NCBI GenBank assembly: GCA_038131525.1
Contig: JAYPPP010000002.1
Location: forward strand, 16,913-80,912
Length of the DNA stretch: 64,000 nucleotides
Reading direction: 5' to 3'
Origin: Gammaproteobacteria bacterium
GTDB taxonomy: Bacteria; Pseudomonadota; Gammaproteobacteria; Arenicellales; UBA868
Shown one piece after another: positions 1 to 8,086 of this stretch. The position numbers and the translations under genes are program-made. How positions within the stretch are numbered: position 1 is the stretch's first letter; every line of letters begins with the position of its first letter. The notes under the pieces were generated by a model, which searched no databases, had not been told where the DNA came from, and was given only the letters and a program-made list of their open reading frames with translations.

Positions 1-101
1 CCTGCAGGGCGCTTTCATTACAGGTGATGAGTTGAAAGCCTATTGGGCTCGTGAAGGCTAATCTACGAGAAACCATGCTGAAAGAGATCGGTGAGATTTA
101 A
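1..101 (+). CDS. tctC: 3' end of probable tripartite tricarboxylate transporter substrate-binding protein (partial)
   Basis: Reads ...LQGAFITGDELKAYWARE...MLKEIGEI* (one indel); sits directly upstream of tctB/tctA-like genes. Call rests mainly on synteny. Confidence 0.55.
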
Positions 102-143
102 TCTGATCCGTTTCGATAACAGGCTGAAAAAAGACATCAGATA

Positions 144-640
144 ATGACGGTACGTCAAGCCGAGCTACTCATGACCCTCGTGTTGGGGGTCTTCTCGGCC
201 TATCTGATGTACAAAGTGCGGAGCTCCCATCAGCTGGATCCCCTCTGAGGTCCGGGCGGTGGGGCGTTTCCGTTTTTGGCTCGGCGCCGGGATGCTGGGA
301 TGCTGCGTCCTGACGCTGTTCCGCTGGTTCGCGCAAAACGCCCGAATCTCGTTCGGAAGAACCGTACCAGCCGAACCGCGGCATCGTGGTTTCATCATCG
401 CGGTGACGATCTCCTAACAGTGATGATTGGCGCGGTACATGTCATCGGAATGTATTTCGCGATCCCTATTCATATTTCACTACATCCGATTTCTCGGTCG
501 GCATTCGTGGCCCCTTACGCTCCTCGATCGCGACTATTACGCCAGTCATCGTTTTCTTTTTGAGATCGCGCTACGTATCGTCTTGCCTAAAGTTATACCG
601 AGCCGCTCTTCTATCCGCTGTACGACATTTTTCTTTGAGA
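144..640 (+). CDS. tctB: Tripartite tricarboxylate transporter small membrane subunit (frameshifted)
   Basis: Stitched frames give MTVRQAELLMTLVLGVFSAYLMYK...GPGGGAFPFWL...IGMYFAIP...FLFEIALRIVLPK, a hydrophobic TctB-like pattern upstream of tctA. Confidence 0.7.
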
Positions 641-644
641 CGAA

Positions 645-2168
645 ATGGATATCCTGCTGCCATCTGATTGACGGATTTGCGATCGCCTTTGAGCCGCTAA
701 ACCTGCTCTTAGTGATCGTTGGGTGTGCCATGGGCCTCTTTATCGGCGCGATGCCCGGCTTGGGCTCAGTGAACGGGGTGGCGATTTTGCTGCCATTGGC
801 CTTTCTCGTTCCTCAACGGGAGCCATTATTTTCTTGCCGCTGTTTATTACGGCGCGATGTGCAAGCGGTGCTATCTCGTCCATTATGCTGGGAATACCCG
901 GTGCCTCGACGGCTGTAGCGACTACCTTTGACGGGCGACCCATGGCGTTGGCGGGTAAGACGGATGAGGCCTAATTACGGCGGCAGGCGCGCGTCTTTTA
1001 TCGGTGGCACTATTTCAGTGCTGCTCTTCACGGGTTTTGCACCGCCCCTCGCGAGCTGGCGCTCGCCTTTGGGAGCGCCTGAGGAATTCGCTGATGCTTC
1101 TTGCGTTTGCGACGTTTGTGGGGCTTGGCAGGGACGATATCCACAAGACTCTGTTTTCGATATTTATAGGGCTCGCGCGCTCAGCTGGTGGAGCCTCGTT
1201 ATCATCAGCGGTGAGCCGCGGTTGATATTCAGGGACATCCGGGCTTTCCACGGAATCAATTTCTCAATTCTTGCCATCGGGATCTACGGGATCGGCGAGA
1301 TGCTGTAGACCATTAGAAACCAGCCAGGACGGCGTAACGGTCTCTCAGGCGAAGTTTTCGGTTAAGGGCATTCTCGAGCACGTCAAAAAGCTGAAGAGCT
1401 CGCTTAAGACATCTATCATGGGGTCTGCGCTTGGCTACTTTGTCAGGATCTTGCCGGCGGCAGGGGCCAACGCCCGGTTCCATCATGGCCACGGCGTTGC
1501 AAGCAGATGTCTAAAGACCTGAGTCCCTTCGGCAAAGGAATCCGAGGCGTAGGCAGCCCCTGAGTCGGCAAATAATGCGGCAAGCACAGGCTCAATGCTG
1601 CCGATGCTCACCCTCAGCATCCGGGCTCGCTGACCACCGCGATTCTTCTGGGCGGTATGGTGATCTGGGGTCTGGAACCGGGTCCGATGCTGTTTATCAA
1701 CCATGGGAGTTTTGTCTGGGGCCTGATTGCGGGTGTCTTTATATTGCCAATATCTTTGCCATGCTGATTAACATAGCTTTCATCCCCACGTTGTCGGCGT
1801 GTTAAAGACGCCCTTTACCATTCTGGCGCCGATCATTTTGTCCTCTGTTTAGTGGGCGGATTTGCGCCGACTCAGAACCTGCATGATGTTTTGGCTCATG
1901 CTGATTTTCGGCGTCGTGGGCTACACAATTGCCAAACGATTACCCGCTTGCGCCAGCTGTTCTTGCTATCGTACTCGGCCCGATTGCTGAGACATCGATG
2001 CGCCAGTCACTGCTTATAAGCGACGGCGAGTTCTCTATTTTCTTTGGCTTCACTGAGCGGCCCATTGCCTCGGCAATCACCTGGGTTGCTCTTTTTTCTG
2101 ATCGTCTTACCGTTGATTCAACTGATTAATCGCAAGCGCAAGGCTTCAAAGCCACGTAGCGAGGTTAA
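645..2168 (+). CDS. tctA: Tripartite tricarboxylate transporter large permease (multiple frameshifts)
   Basis: TctA motifs in successive frames: GLFIGAMPGLGSVNGVAILLPL, ISSIMLGIPGASTAVATTFDGRPMA, PESANNA, YPLAPAVLAIVLGPIAETSMRQSL. Confidence 0.9.
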
Positions 2169-2216
2169 ACGCTGTCTCGGGTCATGTGGCCCCATGCTCA
2201 CCTGGGAGGAACAGTC

Positions 2217-3948
2217 ATGAGCGCGAACTTCGAAGAAGCGATACCGCCACGGATACGCTGGCGCAAAGATAAATCTGGAGACGTGATCTCCGGCGGCCAT
2301 TTAATTGGCAAAGGCACTGAAGCAGGAGGGTGTCGATACCATCTTTACGCTCTGCGGCGGCCACATTATTGATATTTATGATGGCTGTCTTGGCAGGGGG
2401 CATCAAGATTATTGACGTACGCCATGAGCAGACGGCGGCCCATGCCGCAGACGGCTATGCTCGTCAGACCAGTCGACTCCGGCTGCGTCGTCACCACCGC
2501 CGGTCCAGCTGCACCAATGCCATGACCGGGGTGGCCACGGCATTTCGTTCCGAGGAGTCGATTCTTCATATCGGCGGGCGAGCGCTCTGACCCAGCACAA
2601 GATGGGCTCACTGCAGGATCTGCCGCATGTTGACATGATGGCGCCGATCACTAAATTCTCAGCGAGTGCGCTCCACCGGGCGCGTGGCGAACATGATTTC
2701 CATAGCGGCCCCGTGAATTGCTTTTCAGGCGCTCCCGGACCTGCCTATCTTGAGATCCCGCGTGATGTGCTTGATCGTGGGGTCGCCATCGACAAGGCGG
2801 TGACCCCAGGCCGGGCACTATCGGTCGTCATCAAAGTATCGGTGATCCGGCGGATATCGATGCGCTGGCGCAGCTCATCGTTAAGTCAAGAAGCCCGCGA
2901 TCCTGCTGGGCACGCAGGTTTGGTCATCGCGCAGCCACCGGGAGGCGATCGATCTGGTGCGCGCCCTGAACGTACCGCTTACTTCAATGGCGCTGCCGGG
3001 GCGTGTTGCCGCCGGGTGACCCGCATCATTTCCATCGTACGCGTGGGGACGCTTTTAAAGAAGCCGATCTCATCATCATTGTGGGCACCCCGTTTGATTT
3101 TCGAATGGGTTACGGCAAACGCTTGCGCGCGGAAGCCACCGTCGTGCAGATCGACATGGACTACAAGACGGTCGGCAAGAACCGGGATGTGTCTCTGGGT
3201 ATCGTCGGCCACCCGGGTTCTGTCCTTGCGGGCGTGCTGGCAGCCACTACTGCAGGCGGTGATAACGGGGCAAAAGGCCGCGCGGAGTGGATGGCGCAGT
3301 TGCGCGCGCTCGAAGAGGGCAAGACCGAAAAGTTAATGGGTCTCTTCAAAACCGATAAGAGTCCGATCTCACCGTATCGTGGCATGGGAACTCAATGAGT
3401 TTTTAACCGAGGACACCATTTATATTGGTGACGGCGGCGACGTCGTCACGATTAGTGCGCAGGCGGTTCAGCCTCGCACGCCCGGTCACTGGATGGATCC
3501 CGGCGCGTTGGGTTCGCTCGGCGTGGGGACCGGCTTCGCTCTGGCGAGCAAACTGGTGCATCCCAATAAAGAGGTCCTCTGCTATTACGGCGATGGATCC
3601 TTTGGGATGACCGCTTTTGATATGGAAACGGCAAATCGCTTTGGCGCGCCTTATATTGCTGTGATTGGTAACAACTCAGCGATGAATCAGATTCGGTTTG
3701 GTCAGATCACCAAATATGGTGAGGACCGTGGCGATATCGGCAACCTTCTCGGCGATGTGCCGTTCTCCAAGTTCGGCGAGATGTTGGGCGGTTATGGCGA
3801 AGGGCGGCCGAAGCCAGTCAGATTGCCCCGCCCTGCAGCGTGCCCGCGAGGCGGTTCAGGGCTCTGGTAAAGTCTGCGGTCGTTAACATTTGGAGTTGAT
3901 CCCACCGGTATGCGCCGGGCACCAAAGGCGCAAACGATGTACAAGTAA
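2217..3948 (+). CDS. Thiamine-pyrophosphate-dependent enzyme, oxalyl-CoA decarboxylase / 2-hydroxyacyl-CoA lyase-like (frameshifted)
   Basis: IDVRHEQTAAHAADGYARQT, ADLIIIVGTPFDFRMGYG, WMDPGALGSLGVGTGFA and the TPP motif GDGSFGMTAFDMETA...VIGNNSA. Confidence 0.88.
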
Positions 3949-3973
3949 CCGACTCGGGATCGACGTTTTATCG

Positions 3974-4010
3974 AGGCCGGGGCTCTTAGCGTGGAGTTGA
4001 GCCCCGGCTT
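3974..4010 (+). terminator. GC-rich hairpin after the TPP enzyme gene
   Basis: GCCGGGGCTC (3976-3985) pairs with GAGCCCCGGC (3999-4008); followed by TTCATTGTTTT. Confidence 0.6.
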
Positions 4011-4037
4011 CATTGTTTTGATGGGGAAGGTAAGCAG

Positions 4038-4955
4038 ATGAAATTAATTGTTCATGGCCAACAGGCTTTGGTAAAGCGGTCCTCGAAGCGCTTCTGGATC
4101 GAAGGTGAAGACGTATGCGCCGTTTATTGTGCGCCGGATAAAGGCTTTCGCACTGATCCGCTCAAAGCATTTGCTGAAGAAAAAGGTCTGCCGGTGTTCC
4201 AGCCAACGTCCTATAAAGATCCGGCCGTGGTTGAACAGATGCGCAGTCACGAAGCTGATCTTTGCGTGATGGCGTATGTCACCTTGCTGGTTCCCGAACC
4301 CGCGCTTAACGCACCACGCCTGGGCTCCATTCAATATCACCCGTCATTGCTTCCGCTGCATAAGGGTCCGAGCTCGATCAACTGGCCGATCATTTTTGGC
4401 GAGACGAAAACCGGGCTTTCTATTTTCTGGCCTGACGAAGGGCTGGATACGGGGCCGATTCTGATCCAAAAAGAAGTGGAGATCGGTCCGGACGACACGC
4501 TGGGCTCGCTTTATTTCAATCAGCTCTTTCCGATGGGCGTGGCTGCGATGTGCGAAGGCGTGGATCTTGTGCGCGATGGAAATGCGCCACGTCTGGTGCA
4601 GGATCCTGAGGGCGGCACCTATGAGGGATGGTGTCGTCCAGAGGATGTGCAAATTGACTGGAGTCAGCCTGTCGATACCGTTTACAACATGATCCGCGGA
4701 GCAAATCCGCAGCCGGGGGCATGGACAACCGTTGCTGGAAAGAAGCTCACAATTTTTGATAGCAGTAAAGGCGGCGGGGTCGATGGCGACCCGGGTACGG
4801 TGGTTGCGATGGATGAACGCGGGATGACCGTCGCGGCGAATGGCGGATCGATCCTGATACAGCGGGTTCGAACCGAAGATGGGGCAAAACTTTCGGCCGC
4901 CGAAATCGCTGAGCAGTCTGGGATTAGCGTCCCAAGCGTTCTCGGCGCGGACTAA
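4038..4955 (+). CDS. Formyltransferase family protein resembling the 10-formyl-THF hydrolase domain of ALDH1L1
   Basis: SIQYHPSLLPLHKGPSSINW, GLSIFWPDEGLDTGPILIQKE, C-terminal IRGANPQPGAWT; probable compensating indels near the N-terminus. Confidence 0.88.
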   Translation: MKLIVHGQQALVKRSSKRFWIEGEDVCAVYCAPDKGFRTDPLKAFAEEKGLPVFQPTSYKDPAVVEQMRSHEADLCVMAYVTLLVPEPALNAPRLGSIQYHPSLLPLHKGPSSINWPIIFGETKTGLSIFWPDEGLDTGPILIQKEVEIGPDDTLGSLYFNQLFPMGVAAMCEGVDLVRDGNAPRLVQDPEGGTYEGWCRPEDVQIDWSQPVDTVYNMIRGANPQPGAWTTVAGKKLTIFDSSKGGGVDGDPGTVVAMDERGMTVAANGGSILIQRVRTEDGAKLSAAEIAEQSGISVPSVLGAD

Positions 4956-4997
4956 TCTCGTCCTGACGCGCTCAATCGCAGGCGTTGGCGCGGCGCG

Positions 4998-6770
4998 ATG
5001 ACCCACTCGATTCAACTGCCGCAAAATGCTGCTGATCACGAGGCGCTGGTTTCGGCCAGCGACCATGAGCAGTGCGCGCATATTCTGTCGCGTTGGGCGC
5101 TTGATGTGTTCGACGAGTACTACCGGGATTTTTGCGCGATTCCCAAGATAGCTAGGGCGGCGTTTGAGTCTCGCGACTTTCCTCAGTCCATCGAAAACAG
5201 CCGTCAGCGATTGACGCTCTACAGCGAGCGGATGTACGCGTTTGCAAAGACGCTCATGTCCGAGTACCCAAAAGCGGTTAACGCCGGTGCCTTATGGGAT
5301 CAGCTGGAACTGTTCTTCCGGGAAGCGACAGCGGGTCGCTACGAAGCGGACCTCGCCCTGGCATTTTTGCACTCGGTGCGACGGGTGGTGTTCTTTGATG
5401 AGTGGTATCCGGTGGACTACCAGGTGGGGATTAAGTCAACGGCCACAGATGATGGTCACGCGATCTTGGTGACCGACGCCACTGAGGTCAACGAATCGTT
5501 GATCAACGCGATGCTTTCGGTTACGGCGTTCTCCGTCCCGTATCGGAATAAAGACGACGATGTTGCGCGTGTTGTGGTCCGAGTGACAGAAGACTTTTCG
5601 GCACGCGGACTGATCAATGAGATTGAAGGCGTGGATGTGGTTCGCGGAGGATTCTTTCGCAACCGCGGGGTGTACGTTGTGGGTCGCGTTCGACTGAAAA
5701 CTCACGAGGTCACGCCTTTAATTCTGGCGCTGGAGATTGATGAGCAGGGCATCTACATCGATGCTGTGTTGAGCGATGAAGCACAGGCACATAATCTGTT
5801 CAGTACGACGCGTGCGAACTTTATCGTCACCAATGATCAGTATCACGAGTTGGCCAAGTTCTTGCACGGCATCATGCCAAAACGTCCTCTCGGCCTGCAC
5901 TACTCGTCGATCGGATTCAATCACTTTGGCAAGGTTGCGGTGATGGAGGAGCTGGCGCAGGAACTCGAATCGCCCGAAGCCATCTTCGATACGGCGATCG
6001 GATTTCCCGGCACCGTCGCAATAGGGTTTCAGGCGCCGGGCTCGGTTTATAACCTCAAGGTTATTCGCGATCACCCGACCGAGAATTACAAATGGGGTGA
6101 TTTTGAGGGGGTGCCGTCGGTGCTCGAAAAATATCGGCGGGTGCATGACATTAACCGCACCGGATCGATGCTGGACAACGCCATTTATTACAACGTCACG
6201 CTGCCCAAAAAACATTTCGCCGATGCGTTGCTCTCGGAGATGCTCGATGCGGCGGGTGCCGCCGTATCGTTACGGGGCGAAGATGTTTTCTTCCATCATC
6301 TGATCGTGCAGCGCAAGATGATTCCGTTGCCGGTGTTTCTGGAGCAGGCCTCCGCGGAGGAGTGCGCTGAGGCGGTCATCAGTCTGGGGTATTGCATAAA
6401 GAACAATATGGCCGGCAACATCTTTAACCGCGACCTCGATGGGCGAAACTATGGCGTGGGCAGCCACATTCGGGTTTATCTCTTTGATTACGACGCGTTG
6501 GAAACGTTTACCGAAGTCAAGATACGCAGCAATCAGGATCGCTACGATGGAGAGGAAGATATCCCCAGCTGGTATTTTGAGGATGGCGTGATATTCCTTC
6601 CCGAAGAGATCGAATGGGGTCTTCGAATCTCAGACCCCGAGCTACGGAAGCTGTTCCGCGATGTACACGGAGACTTAACCAGTGTGCCGTACTGGGAGCG
6701 CATTCAAGAGGAGTTGCGTGAGGGTAAAGTGCCGCGTATTCAGGTTTACCCGCGCAGTTGCCGCATCTGA
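4998..6770 (+). CDS. aceK: Isocitrate dehydrogenase kinase/phosphatase
   Basis: 590 aa intact ORF; FFRNRGVYVVGR, YSSIGFNHFGKV, GFPGTVAIGF...LKVIRD, IFNRDLDGRNYGV...YLFDYD. Confidence 0.88.
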   Translation: MTHSIQLPQNAADHEALVSASDHEQCAHILSRWALDVFDEYYRDFCAIPKIARAAFESRDFPQSIENSRQRLTLYSERMYAFAKTLMSEYPKAVNAGALWDQLELFFREATAGRYEADLALAFLHSVRRVVFFDEWYPVDYQVGIKSTATDDGHAILVTDATEVNESLINAMLSVTAFSVPYRNKDDDVARVVVRVTEDFSARGLINEIEGVDVVRGGFFRNRGVYVVGRVRLKTHEVTPLILALEIDEQGIYIDAVLSDEAQAHNLFSTTRANFIVTNDQYHELAKFLHGIMPKRPLGLHYSSIGFNHFGKVAVMEELAQELESPEAIFDTAIGFPGTVAIGFQAPGSVYNLKVIRDHPTENYKWGDFEGVPSVLEKYRRVHDINRTGSMLDNAIYYNVTLPKKHFADALLSEMLDAAGAAVSLRGEDVFFHHLIVQRKMIPLPVFLEQASAEECAEAVISLGYCIKNNMAGNIFNRDLDGRNYGVGSHIRVYLFDYDALETFTEVKIRSNQDRYDGEEDIPSWYFEDGVIFLPEEIEWGLRISDPELRKLFRDVHGDLTSVPYWERIQEELREGKVPRIQVYPRSCRI

Positions 6771-6782
6771 ACGTCCGGACAT

Positions 6783-6820
6783 AAAAAAACCGCCGATCCG
6801 AGGTCAAGCGGACCGGCGGT
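6783..6820 (-). terminator. Rho-independent terminator between convergent aceK and DsrE genes
   Basis: Minus strand ACCGCCGGTCCG-loop-CGGATCGGCGGT followed by a T-tract. Confidence 0.75.
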
Positions 6821-6836
6821 GCGAGAGAATCGAAAT

Positions 6837-7322
6837 CTAGGGTCGCAGGTACGCGAAACCCTGTCCCTGCAGATGGGCGATTTCAGCAACGCCGCTCGGG
6901 ACGACATCGCTCTCCGATGCATCGTAAAGCATATCCAGAGCGACCTTTCTGCCCTTAAGCGTGTTTGCGCAGATCTTGAAGGTCACGCCCTGATTTTTGA
7001 GGTTTGCGATGCGAGCGGTCATGTCGGCATCCGCACTGCCCGATTTCATTTTGGTCTTGGAGACCTGATCGGGCTCGAGCAGAAGCGAAAGACCATTTCC
7101 GTGCATGACGACCCGCAGGTCCAGGTTTTCTGCCCCAACGGCATTGATGTGGTTCTGAATATTGCGCAGGGCGCCGGTTTGACGTTTGGCGTCGTAGTAG
7201 TTCACGTGGTACACGACTTTTTGTTTGCCGTAGCCGTGGCCATCGGCCGACGCGGAGGTCGACAGACCGAGCGCCATTGCCGCGCCAATTAGGGCGGCCG
7301 CAAGGGTTTTAAAAATTTTCAT
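6837..7322 (-). CDS. Periplasmic DsrE-family protein
   Basis: Sec signal (AAALIGAAMALGLSTSASA); KVVYHVN, LRVVMHGNGLSLL, FKICANTL, VVPSGVAEIAHLQGQGFAYLRP; RBS GAAGGAG. Confidence 0.88.
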   Translation of the reverse strand: MKIFKTLAAALIGAAMALGLSTSASADGHGYGKQKVVYHVNYYDAKRQTGALRNIQNHINAVGAENLDLRVVMHGNGLSLLLEPDQVSKTKMKSGSADADMTARIANLKNQGVTFKICANTLKGRKVALDMLYDASESDVVPSGVAEIAHLQGQGFAYLRP

Positions 7323-7415
7323 ACTCACTATCACTCCTTCAGATCAATTTAACGTTTTTTTCGAGGGAACGGTGATCCCTGCTTACCATTTAACTGGAAA
7401 CGGTTTGGGTCACCA

Positions 7416-7432
7416 ATAGGGGTTTACCCTAT
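7416..7432. promoter_or_regulatory. Palindromic operator-like site upstream of the DsrE gene
   Basis: ATAGGG-GTTTA-CCCTAT, a perfect 6-bp inverted repeat about 95 bp upstream of the DsrE start and next to a FixJ/TtrR-type regulator gene. Confidence 0.55.
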
Positions 7433-7468
7433 AAGGCTGCGTCTCTTCAGGCGAGACGCGAAAGAGGC

Positions 7469-8086
7469 TCAGAAGTCGAGCAGTTTAAGCTCGGCGGTGA
7501 TTCGGACCAGATCCGCCGTTCCGCCTGCGCCGAGTTTCTTCATCAGATTCGCTCGATGCAGTTCAACGGTTTTGATACTGATGCCGAGTTCGTCGGCAGT
7601 TTCGCGATTGGTTTTGCCGTTAAACACATACTCAAGAATTTCGATCTCACGCTGGGTCAGCGAGGCCCAGATTGAATGGGCGTCACGGTGTTGCTGCGTT
7701 TCATCCCGTTTTTGGCGGTGTTGATCCACAGCAGCATGAATGCGCTCCAGCAGGTGATCATCGGTGTAGGGCTTTTCGATCAGATCAAAGGCGCCCTCGC
7801 GCATTGCTTGCGTTGCCATGGGCACATCGGCGTGACCCGTTACCACAATGACCGGTATATCCGGGTCAATCGCATGAAGTCGACGATTTACTTCAAGTCC
7901 GTCCATTCGAGGCATGCGTACGTCAAGAAGTACGCAGCCCAGGGTGTGGGGCAGATACCGCGCCAAGAAATCCTCGCCGTCGGAATGCAACTGACTTTTC
8001 AGCTCGGCGGACTCGAGCAGCCACCGAAGCGACTCGCGCACCCCCTCGTCGTCATCAACAACAAATACGGTTATTTCTTCAGACAT
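7469..8086 (-). CDS. ttrR: FixJ/TtrR-family response regulator (REC + LuxR HTH)
   Basis: VVDDD, LLDVRMPRMDG, LTQREIEILEYVFNGKTNRETADELGISIKTVELHRANLMKKL; overlaps the sensor gene. Confidence 0.85.
   Translation of the reverse strand: MSEEITVFVVDDDEGVRESLRWLLESAELKSQLHSDGEDFLARYLPHTLGCVLLDVRMPRMDGLEVNRRLHAIDPDIPVIVVTGHADVPMATQAMREGAFDLIEKPYTDDHLLERIHAAVDQHRQKRDETQQHRDAHSIWASLTQREIEILEYVFNGKTNRETADELGISIKTVELHRANLMKKLGAGGTADLVRITAELKLLDF

Noticed and set aside
4038-4955. Canonical methionyl-tRNA formyltransferase (fmt)
   Set aside because: No def/rsmB context and motifs look ALDH1L1-like rather than Fmt-like.
4344-5081. 245-aa antisense ORF and similar shadow ORFs across the window
   Set aside because: They overlap well-supported genes on the other strand and lack motifs; expected in GC-rich DNA.
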